From Mobula birostris (taxonomy: Eukaryota): 64,000 nucleotides of DNA. A program made the translations under genes and the position numbers. Within the stretch, counting starts at the first letter, position 1. Each line of letters opens with the position of its first letter. The notes beneath the pieces were generated by a model, which saw nothing but the letters and a program-made list of their open reading frames with translations, was not told where the DNA came from and did no database searches. The stretch spans positions 22,440,782 to 22,504,781 of the forward strand of contig NC_092377.1 in assembly GCF_030028105.1 (NCBI RefSeq). Reading direction: 5' to 3'. Shown here one piece after another: positions 13,223 to 23,249 of the stretch.

Positions 13223-14282
13223 GTAAACACAAAAAAATTCTGCAGATGCTAGAAATCCAAAGCAGCACGCATAAAGTGCTGGAGAACTCAGCAGGTCAGG
13301 CAGCATCTACGGTAATGATTAAACATCCGATGTTTTGGGCTGAAACCTTCTTAAAGACTGGAAAGGGAGGGAGAAAATGTCAGAGAAAAAAGGTGGGGAG
13401 AGGGGAAGGAGGATAGCTAGAAGTTGATGGGTGAAGCCAGGTGGATAGGAAAGGTAAAAGGGCTGGAGAGGAAGGAATCTGATAGGAGAGGAGTTTAGAC
13501 CATAGCAGGAAGGAAAGGAAAAGACGCAAGAGGAGGTGATAGGCAGAAGCTGCTCCTCCATCCTGAGGGTGGCCTCATTGTGGCCCAACAGCAAGCAACG
13601 GACCATTATGTCGGAACAGGAATAGAAAAGGCCAAAGTGCTACACCTACCCATTCACCTCCTCCTTCACCTCCACTCAGGGCCCCAAACAGTCCTTCCAA
13701 GTGAGGCAACACTTCACCTGTGAATCTGCTGGGGTCACCTGTTGTGTCTGGTGCTCCCAACGTGGCTTCCTTTACACTGGTGAGACCTGTCATAGTTTGG
13801 GGGAGCATTTCGTCCAGTACCTCACTGCATCTGCCAAAAGTGGAACTTCCCAGTGGACAAACAACTTAATTCCTATTCCCATTTCACTTCCGCGATGAGG
13901 CCACCCTCAGGGTGAAGGAGCGACACCTTATCTTCTGTCTGGGTAGCCTCTAATCTGATGGCATGAATATCAATTCCTCCTCTCATTAAAAAAAAATTAA
14001 ATCCCCTTCTCTCTTCTTCTATTCCCCACACTGGCCTCTTACCTCTTCTCAACTGCCTATCACCCCCCTCCCCTCGGTGCCCCTCCTCCTTCCCTTTCTC
14101 ATCCACCTAGCTTCACCCAACACCTTCTAGCTATCCTCCTTCCCCTCCCCTCACCTTTTTATTCTGGCGTCTTCACCCTTCCTTTCCAGTCCTGAAGAAG
14201 GGTCTTGGCCTGAAATGTCAACTGTTTATTCATTTCCATAGATGCTGCCTGAACTTTGGGGCTCCTCCAGCATTTTGTGTGA
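13223..14282. mobile_element. Penelope-like insertion with inverted arms (both tails pointing outward)
   Basis: Minus-strand tail on the left, plus-strand GIY-YIG remnant and tail on the right. 11-bp TSD GATGATATTCC at 13212-13222 and 14283-14293. Hammerhead remnant at 14187-14224. Confidence 0.85.
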
Positions 14283-15381
14283 GATGATATTCCAGTGAGG
14301 TTGTCAATACTAATTTCTTAATCATTTATGTACTTTACACCTATTGCTTATATAGAAAACCTTGAAACTTAACCATCAATCACTCATGAAAAATTAAAAA
14401 TAAATGCCGTATTCAAAGTATTTAACCTTTTCCTAAATGAAATAAATACAACATAGAGTCATCAACGACCACCATTTACTGCTCTTCATTAAATGACCTT
14501 TCAAGATAAGGGACATGTTAGGTCATTTCAGAACATCTATACTTCTGTGGGTCTGACATTTCTCAAAGAACCAGATTTTCTCTCCTCATACCACTCCCCA
14601 CCGCCACCACAGAAGAACATCATTGAATCGTATAGATTTCTATGACAATGAAGTAGTCTTTGGGTCAACACAGCACTGTGGGCCAAAAGGTCTGTACTGC
14701 CCAGTAGTGTTTAATGTTCTATGACTTGCTGTAGCAGGTGGAGCGATGAGGGACGTGTGGTGTTTTTCAAGCTAGAAAGGTTTATTTGAGGTAAAGAATC
14801 AAGAGATCAGTGGTTCTGAGTGGAGAAATTTCCCAAGGTGGCTGGATGGACTAAGATTGATTGGTGTAGGCGGTTTATTGGAGATGGACAAGGATTAGTT
14901 GGGGTAAATCACTGAGGCTGCAAAAGGGTTACAGGTGATGGATGGATTAGTATTATTAGGGATACATTGCTAGGTGGTAGTGGTTCAGGAGATTACTGGG
15001 AATGGGCAAATATTGACTGGGTTAGTTTTATGGGTCTGGGAGGGTACAGAGGTTGCAAGAGTTGGGGTTGGGTTGGTTGGTGAAGCAAGTTGTTGAGGCT
15101 GGGAGGGTTCCGGATGGCAGGGAGCTTTCACTAGTCTGGTTCATGAACCAGGATTAGTTGCAGGGAATTTACTGAGGATAGGTGACTGCTGGAATGGCAA
15201 AGTTGAGGAGTTACTCAGTAAGGGCAAAGATTATTAGGAGAAGTTGATGAGGCTACGAGGGTGGGATATACTGGGACTAGAGCTGAGCAGATGCTGGGAA
15301 TGATGGTAACAGGGGTAGTCGTTTTGTGAGTGTTGGGCTGAGGGAATGGACAGGGTCGGGGCCTCCCTCGATTCCTCTCAC

Positions 15382-15556
15382 CTTCTTCCTCCTTCACATT
15401 CACCACATCTACCGCCACCATGTCCGGCTTGTCCAGCCCGATGCCGAACGGCGTAACCTTCCTCTCGGTCACCCCCGAGGGCACCACGTCAGGTTTGGGC
15501 CCGAATTTGCGGGGATAATAATCCCCGCTCAGGTACCGCGACGTGTCTTCCGCCAT
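15382..15556 (-). CDS. First coding exon of an unidentified gene (MAEDTSRYLSGDYYPRKFGPKPD...VKEEE)
   Basis: Strong Kozak context AAAATGGCG, 175 nt open, donor AAG|GTGAGA. Lies in a CpG-rich island with no transposon motifs. Confidence 0.8.
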
Positions 15557-15900
15557 TTTCGCCGCGGCTTCATCCCGCCCCCTTTCCAGGCCTCTTAAAG
15601 CGGCACCCGGACAACAGAGACGACTCTTTTCATCAACCGCTTGCAACCGTTCAGACACGGTACATTGAGGAAGATCTGGATCCTACGAAGATGTATTTTT
15701 TTTTAAATTATGGGGCTTCATGGTGAGGAAACATCTTATTCTTGAAAGAGATTCAAAACGCGCGAACGCGGCCCGGTGGGTACGGTGGCCTGCGGGGATC
15801 GTCGGCGCTGGGTGACCCGGGGACGTAGGTCCTGCTACCAAGCACCTTAACATCGTCGGCTGGCGATACCAAGTCGCAGGTTCTTCACTTTTTAGCAGGT
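15400..15900. promoter_or_regulatory. CpG island / probable bidirectional promoter (unidentified gene and CEBPZOS)
   Basis: High CpG density, YY1-like CGCCATTTT at 15551-15559, GC box CCCGCCCC near 15574. No other CpG island is visible upstream of the CEBPZOS acceptor at 20818. Confidence 0.65.
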
Positions 15901-16019
15901 ATTGGAGAGACGAATTGCAGATTAGTTGGGCATATGGGCAGAGAAATTGTTAGATACAGCATAATTCGGACACGTGTGAGGTGTTGCTCTTTGAGAGGTC
16001 AAATGTAAGCTGCATTTGT

Positions 16020-16625
16020 CCTGTGAGGAGCACTGATGATGAGGGATCTTCGGCACAAATCCATAGCCCCCTGAAAGTGGCAACACAAGAAGAAAGGTGT
16101 TTTACGGCATTCTTGCTCACATACAGTGAAACACGGCGTTTGCGTCAACAATCAGTGGATGTTCTGGGAAAGTGTCGCCATGCTTCCGGCTCTCAGCATA
16201 GCATTCCCACAGTTTACCATCTCGAACTTGTTGGAATGTGCGAGGAAACCAGAGCACCGGGAGGAAACCCACACGGTCACGGGTAAAATGTATTGCCCCC
16301 GACTGTTATGCTACCGTGCGGCCCATTAAAGTTTTGAGGTCATGTTGCAACTGTATAAAACATTGGTTATGCCTCATTTAGATTATTTTGTGTGGTTAGG
16401 AAGGATGTGCAGGCTTTGGAGAATATGCAGAAGAGGTTTACCAGGATATTGCTTGGATTAACTATGAGGAGATGCCGGACAATCTTGAACTGCTATTTTT
16501 CTGGAGTGTTGGAGACCTGCTAAAAGTTTATGAAGCGATGAGGAGCATAGGTAGGGTGAACGGTCAGAATATTTTTCCTGGGGTAGAAAAATCAAAAACT
16601 AGGGGAAAATTTAAAAGAGATGTTT
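16020..16625 (+). mobile_element. Degenerate CR1 LINE 3' fragment with a nested minus-strand V-SINE-like element (about 16110-16325)
   Basis: CR1 C-terminal remnants (LKVYEAMRSIGRVN..FP). GGAAACCAGAGCACCGGGAGGAAACCCAC is the reverse V-domain motif. Confidence 0.6.
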
Positions 16626-17039
16626 TTAAAAGTTTGGCACAGTCATTGTGGGCAAAAGGGGCTGTTTGTGTCTTGTGTTGTTCTATGAATTTAAATCTGG
16701 TATTGAAATTCTCTGGCCAGGAACTGATGGGACAGTTTGTCTTTGTTTCAGGCCAGGACTCAGGTTTCATATCTCTGTCTCTCAAGTTTTAAAAAAATTG
16801 ATGGAGGAACTTGGTGGACCAAGCAGTATCTCAGAATCAGAACTGGATTTATTATCACTATCTTGAAAAGTTTAAAGATTAACTTTATTTCTCAATGTAC
16901 ATTGAAACATCAAAACATACAGTGAAATGGGAGTAGGCAATTTAAAAATGGTTTAGCACAGACTAGATGGGCTGAAGGGCCTGTTTCTGTGTTGTACTTT
17001 TCTATGACTCTAAATGTATTGTTTTGCATCAAAGGAACT

Positions 17040-17280
17040 AGGAACTTTTGTAATCGTTGGAATGCTTCCGGCAGCAACCCAGCATGCCCACAACTTCATG
17101 TATGCCTTTGGAATGTGGGCAGGCACTGGAGCAGCCGGAGGAAACCCATGGTGTCACAGGGAGAATGTACAAACTCCTCACGGGCATTTGCGGGAATGAA
17201 CCTTGTCTGGTGATTGCTGGTGTTGTAAAGTGATATACTTACTATCACCCCCCCCCCCCCCCACCGGGCTGCCCTGATGC
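17040..17280 (-). mobile_element. V-SINE-like element
   Basis: GGAGCAGCCGGAGGAAACCCATGGTGTCACAGGGAGAATGTACAAACTCC is the reverse of the V-domain core. Confidence 0.55.
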
Positions 17281-18199
17281 ATGTAATTTTGCAACAGCAG
17301 TGCCGGCATGGAATTATTATATTATAAAATGTGAAAAAATTATTTTGCATAAACGAACAGTGCAAAATAAAGGATGACTAGGTAGCGTTCATGGACTGTT
17401 CAGAAATCTGATACCAGAGGGGGAAGAAGCTATTGATTAATCATTGAGTGTGATGATCAAACTCCTTTACGTTCTCTTTCCTGTTAGCAAAGAGCAGATG
17501 TTGTGGCCCAAGTGGTGACGATCCTTAGTGATGAATGCTGCCTTCTTGAGGTATTGCTTCTTGAAGATGTCCTCAGTGGCGTTGAGAGTTGTACCTAAGA
17601 TGGAGTTTGCTGAGTATACAGCATCTTGCAATCCCGTCCGTTGGAGCCTTCATACCAGTCTGTGATATGCAAGCAGCCAGAATCCTCTCCACTGTACATC
17701 TATAGAAATTTGCAAATCTTTGGTGACTGCTGATAAAGTAGAACTGCTGGCATGCTTTTTCAAGATGGTGTCAATGTGTTAGGTCCAGAATAGATCCTCT
17801 GAGATGTTGACACCTAGGAAATTGAAGCTGTTCACTGTGTGGAAACTCATGTGGAGAGGAAACACTAGTTGACATTGAGTCAATAATCTGCATCAGGCTG
17901 TATAGGAAAAGTGGCCAATGCTCTGTGTCCACAGATACTGTGACCTGTTGAGTTCTTCCAGCAAATTGCTTTTGCTCCACTTTCCAGCATCTCGGTCTCT
18001 TGTGCTCTGCACAACTCAAGGTCAGTGTGTCGGCACCTCAGGCAGGTTATTGAGGAAACTGTCTCAGGCCAGGAACCAACCTGTTTGTGCCTCTGCTTTG
18101 GGGTGGATTTAAGGATTCAGTATCTTGTCTCCATCTGGGTACTGAATGGTACTTTGTGTCTGAGATTATTAGTTATACTGACTTAGTATAATTTAGCCC

Positions 18200-18480
18200 A
18201 TGTGCCTCTAAAGTTTATCAATCAAAATGCCTTTTAAATTTTGCATTTGACCCAGCCTCTACAACTTCCTCTGGCTGCTTGTTCCATATATTCATCACTG
18301 TTTTTGTGGAGAAAGTTGCCTCTCGGGTCCCTTTTAGGATCTTTCCCTTCTCACTTTGAACCTGTGCCCTATAATTTTGGATTCCCTTACCTTGGGGCAA
18401 AAGCATTGGTTATTCGTTTTATCTCTGCTCTCATGACTTTCAGGTCACTTCTCAGCCTCCTACATTCCAGGGAAAGCTCA
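18200..18480 (-). mobile_element. CR1 LINE 3' fragment
   Basis: VMNIWNKQPEEVVEAGSNAKFKRHFD, typical CR1 ORF2 C-terminus. Confidence 0.65.
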
Positions 18481-19749
18481 TAACAGAATGAAGTAGCTGA
18501 AAACATGCAAAAGCTGAAGTATTTGGGTAGAAATGTGGAAGTCGAGATAACGTTTTAGAATTTCTTTGCCATTGTTATATGAACAAGGTTTATAGTTCAG
18601 AAAGAGAACCATTGTAGGCTTGTAGTTTTTAAAACTCAAATTGATGCCTAACAGGACATGGAAAATTCATAAAAGAACAGCTGAAAAAAACTTGTTTGTA
18701 GAAAGACACAAGCTGGGAAAAGTCACAGTTTGGAGTTCAGTAACACCTTGAAAGGACAAGGAGTTTTCAAAATAAATGGTTCGGATATTGAGGACCCTTT
18801 CATCTATTGGTAGCTGAAGATTTTTATGTGGAGAAATTTAAATTAATTGAACCCCAAATCATCGTTATGATCTGAACAGCAAATGGACTGAAATTCAGTA
18901 AGGTTGGCATGATTGAATTTCTCACTAACTTGAAAATGGCGCATTAGCTTGGGTCTGAAGAGTCAAATGATGAGCACTAGTGGGCCACAGCAAACTACTA
19001 GTTGGATCAGAGGTCAGAAGTTTCTGATAGAATGATTTCAGTTTTGTCATAAGATAGTTCTTCAGAATCTTTCTTTATTGCTTGAAGGAAAGGAAGACTT
19101 TAAATGATTGTAGCCTAAGACTTAGAGCACAGTTCTTGACTCAGAATATTTTTCAAAGTGCTGTAGAAAAAGATTGGATCATCTTGTGTTTAGATTTTTA
19201 AAGAACTCTACATTTTTTTAAATTAAAATGGCATCATGGCTTTGTATGTTATTTTCTGACACTTTAGAAAATGTAGCAAAATTTCAGGAATCTACACTGC
19301 AGTATAATTAATGACATTGTACACAGTCAAACAGCACAGAAAAACTTGTTTTATCATTTACATGTGTACCATTAAGTTCTCACTTTCTACAAATTCCATT
19401 TACCAGCTGTTGGTCTGTAGCCCATGATTCCTTAATGATTAAAGTCCTCTTGTAGATACTTGTATGTGACAGTATCTGCCTCCATCTCATCAAGCAATGG
19501 ATTCTAGATTGCAAACTCCGAGTTTTTTTTAAAAAGCATTCTCCTCAGATTCTGTCTAAACCTCTTATCCTAAACCTACATTTTATTCTTAGAAACATGA
19601 ATCAAATAACATAAGATTCTAAACGGTGCTCTATGCCCTTAGTGAAATGTCAGGAAAGCAGGTTCTTGACTTTGTTCTGGTCTAGTTTAGTAATGCTGCA
19701 CTTCAATAATTTGCAAGTGACAATAAGACATCCCAAAAACTTGGAAGAT

Positions 19750-20650
19750 TGTATGTGATTCTGATTACCCTGTTACAGGATGGAATTGGAAACTTTGTAA
19801 ATATAGAAGAGATCCACAGATTGCTGCATGGATTGGCGAGTACAAATCATTAGGAGAAGATGGATAAACCTGTTTTTTCTCTTGGAATATCTGATATAAG
19901 TTTATAATATGAGCAGCATACATGGGGTAAAAAATTTTAAATACTAGAGAATATGCATTTAAGGTGAGAGATTGTAAGTTTATGGGAGATGTGCAGGGCA
20001 GTATTTCTTTCTCTACATAGGGAATAGTCGGTGTCTAGAATGGGCCGCCTGGGGTAGTGTGGAAGCAGATACAATAATGGTATTTAAGATGCTTTTAGAT
20101 GGACACATTTCTACTGATAGAAGGGGGTAAAGATAGGTTACTGGCACCTTAAAACCAGTTGCTTTGGGTAGTTGGGTCTCATCAGCTGGCGTTGGCAGCT
20201 CATCTAGAAAGAAAGCTCTGATCTCAAGCCTCCATTGCCTTCAGCTATACCCACACATGGGGGAAGGTTTTCAGAGTAAACCCTGAGGGAAAATCCTGGA
20301 GCTAGAATCGCCAAGGCAGCCCTACGTTGAACTCAACACTGACTGGCAACTCCTGGGACGCTGCAGGTGCCAAACAGTATTGGTCTCTGCTGTTCCTTTT
20401 GGTTCATCAGATGTGTGAAGAAGGGGAGCTTGCTACAGGTGCAACAGCTTACTCTCCATACTGTACTGTCCAGACTCGCATATCTGCACAGCTAGGACAC
20501 AACATCCAGGGTTGACCCTGACTGACAGGCTTCATCATCATCAGATAGACATCTGAATATACAGGTAATGGAGAGACATGCAACATGTACAGGCAAAAGA
20601 CATTTAGTTTAATTTTGCATTATATTTGGTGCAAATATTGTAGGCCAAAG
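19750..20650 (+). mobile_element. CR1 3' fragment with nested RTE-type non-autonomous element (about 20115-20542)
   Basis: CR1 C-terminal remnant split by a block ending (CAT)n. Host sequence resumes at AGATAGACA. Confidence 0.5.
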
Positions 20651-20833
20651 TACCTGTTCCTGTGCTGTACTGTTCTATGTATGGTATAATATTGGATCAG
20701 ATGCCAATCTAATATGAATTTACATTAAGAACAATTATTGAAAATGAAAGATTATTAAGGTAATTGTCTTCTAAGCCTACTAAAGCACAAGCCTTAAAAA
20801 CAAAAATTGTTTATACAGATTCTCTATTTAAGA

Positions 20834-20951
20834 ATGGCACCTAAAACTATGGAACCAATAGCAATACGGATCTTTAAGGGAGTTATACTCTTGGAGGTCG
20901 CAGGAGTAATAGGAGCATACTGGCTCTTCCATAGAATGAATGGCAGTCAAG
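20834..20951 (+). CDS. CEBPZOS: CEBPZOS coding exon 1 (exon starts 20819)
   Basis: MAPKTMEPIAIRIFKGVILLEVAGVIGAYWLFHRMNGSQ resembles vertebrate CEBPZOS N-terminus with hydrophobic segment. Donor G|GTAAGG. Confidence 0.93.
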
Positions 20952-21420
20952 GTAAGGATGACCATATCTTTCACCTAAAAGCAGTGGAACATGTTTTATT
21001 CTAGTTTAACCACTGAAGTTGCATTTACTTTTTGGTCTGTTAATTATACTTATGAAATCTCAAGTTCAAATACGATTACTATGCAAGGCCTAATGTGTTA
21101 GCTGTTTAAAGTAGGACTTATTTGAATATGACAGGAACATTACATTTTCCTTTTAGTAATTTGAAAGACTGCATTTCCCACCTTGCCATTCCTAATACAT
21201 TAACAGAATTATCAAGAAAAAAAAAACTGATTACATTTCATGAAGGGTTTAATTAAAACCTCTCACTTCACAGTATGGATCAAAATTTAGAATAAGCAAT
21301 GTGAGCAATTCTACTGTTTTAAGTAAAAGGTTTTCAAAATAGAGATGAAACAAATTTGAGCTCTCAGATGACTTTGCATTAAACTGCAATTAAAGTACTG
21401 TACATGTATTTATTTTTCAG

Positions 21421-21465
21421 AGTTCAGATATAAGGTAAACAAAAGGTTTCCCTCCATTTTGGAAG
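21421..21465 (+). CDS. CEBPZOS: CEBPZOS coding exon 2
   Basis: ttttcAG acceptor, EFRYKVNKRFPSILE, G|GTGAGT donor, phase 1-1. Confidence 0.93.
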
Positions 21466-21926
21466 GTGAGTACTCTTATACATTTGTGTTTTGTTTGGAA
21501 GCTTCTAAGGAGTATTCTAATTTGGGATTGTAGTTTTTTCCCCCCCCCCACACAGTAAAAACAAAGAGATGGAGGTGGGAGAAAATTGGGGGTGGCAGGA
21601 AAAGTCCTTATCCAATCTTAGTTAAAAGTAAAGCAACCTATTAAAGTGCACATGCTTGTAAAATTTTAATGCTAAAAAGATAGAATATTGATTGTTCTGA
21701 TGTATTTTCCAATTCAATGTTTCACTAGTTGAGGTCCTCATCCCTTTAATATATAATCCCTCTGCTTTCATGTTCATCTTAAAATGAACTAAAACTAACG
21801 CCTTGCCCTTTAGGGTGACGTTTGTTATCGGGATTATTGATCATTCATAATTTAAGAGATAGAAAATATGCAGACAAATCCATCAATCAATCTAGTGATT
21901 TTAAAAACATTGTTTACAATTTTCAG

Positions 21927-21932
21927 TTTATT
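21927..21932 (-). terminator. Candidate CEBPZ polyadenylation signal AATAAA
   Basis: First minus-strand AATAAA I found downstream of the CEBPZ stop (about 150 nt). Confidence 0.45.
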
Positions 21933-22012
21933 ATAAATCCAATGAATGGGCAGGAATTTATGGAATTAGAGAACTGGATCAGGAAACCTGGTCCAGCAAA
22001 CATAAGCAGTGA
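21927..22012 (+). CDS. CEBPZOS: CEBPZOS coding exon 3 (stop)
   Basis: VYYKSNEWAGIYGIRELDQETWSSKHKQ*, giving 82 aa in total. Confidence 0.93.
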
Positions 22013-22080
22013 GTATGTAAGTACAAAGTCTATTATAAAATGTTATCCAACTTTAAATAATCTGATTTAGTGAACATTTT

Positions 22081-22220
22081 TCATCTCTTCTTGTGTAAAA
22101 ATCTTTTCTGTTTATTTTTCAGTCTCTTGGCCCTTAAGTTCTTCTGCCTTCTGAGTGTATGTGCATCTTTGCCTCTGATCCAAGCATCGCGATCAGATTC
22201 CCACTGTAGCTGCTTTATAC
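22081..22220 (-). CDS. CEBPZ: CEBPZ exon 16 (stop)
   Basis: SIKQLQWESDRDAWIRGKD...HKKR*, acceptor ttttgcAG. Confidence 0.93.
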
Positions 22221-22230
22221 CTGCAAAAGT

Positions 22231-22236
22231 AATAAA
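22231..22236 (+). terminator. Candidate CEBPZOS polyadenylation signal AATAAA
   Basis: First plus-strand AATAAA I found downstream of the CEBPZOS stop (about 220 nt). Confidence 0.45.
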
Positions 22237-22530
22237 TGAAACTCAGTAGTGACAATAGAATTTTCCACATTGGAAAGTTTTCCCAACAGATCTATTGGTT
22301 AAAATCTACACAAGTGGGAGGAAATTCTCTTGATAAATAACCAATTAAGAAACAACTTCATTTTCACAAATGTAAATACATTGTACATCTTCAACTAAAG
22401 GAGATTTACAAAATGGATTGATGGGATTTAATAAATTTTTGATTGAGTCCATGTCTATTGAGTGATCCATTTGTTTATCACAACTTTTTATAATACTGAT
22501 ACTTTTGACTAAATACTGCTGATTACTTAC

Positions 22531-22612
22531 TTGCTTTATCTTTGTTTGCCATTGCATTAATTCCAATATTGTCAAATTTTGATCCTGCATTTTCATCAAG
22601 TAGACAACCAAA
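22531..22612 (-). CDS. CEBPZ: CEBPZ exon 15
   Basis: FGCLLDENAGSKFDNIGINAMANKDKA, donor GTAAGT. Confidence 0.93.
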
Positions 22613-22795
22613 CTTTTGAAAGAGAACAAAAAATGGTTAAAGTGACATCAAGTAAACCAAATGTAACAAAATATTATGAAACTAGTTGACCAGAATAACA
22701 CATTCATGAAAAAACTGTTCAGTGAAGTGCAGACTGTTGCAGTGATAATTGTCATCTTTATGCAGGTAGTTTGAAAAGGACACTGTAGGACATAC

Positions 22796-22854
22796 CTCCT
22801 CTGCTGCAGCAAACATGTCACCATCATTCTTAAAACCCCCTTTCCGTTTCTTTC
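22796..22854 (-). CDS. CEBPZ: CEBPZ exon 14
   Basis: GKKRKGGFKNDGDMFAAAEE, donor GTATGT. Confidence 0.9.
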
Positions 22855-23249
22855 CTGCAACAATGCATACAGATCATATGAAAAACAACTCATTGGGAAA
22901 AATCTTTAGCTTCAGTTGCAAATTAATTATAATCCACATACACTACAATATACATCTTTAAAGATAACCTCTAAATATCTTATTCATCGTTCACTGAAAT
23001 AAGTTTAAAAAAACAGAACAAAGCAAGAAATAATTGTTTTAACTCAGAACACGAACTTACAATGACTTGTTTCACTTCACAAAATTATCTACTTTTCCCA
23101 TTGATCTACTAAGAGGATAATATAACTTCATGAAATAAATTTAACTTCATACAAAATATGCAGGATACAAGAAAATCTGCCAAGTTAATACACATCTATT
23201 CTAGTTATAGCACAATCCTGATTTTTATGTGTTAGTGGTGATATCTAGG

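Noticed and set aside
13020-13268. 82-aa ORF as an exon of the unidentified gene
   Set aside because: Its start lies in a PLE tail. Candidate acceptors either break phase with exon 1 or hit a stop quickly, and there is no good donor.
15215-15658. 147-aa single-exon ORF
   Set aside because: Begins at a non-ATG codon and reads through a strong donor at 15381. Only 15382-15556 is supported.
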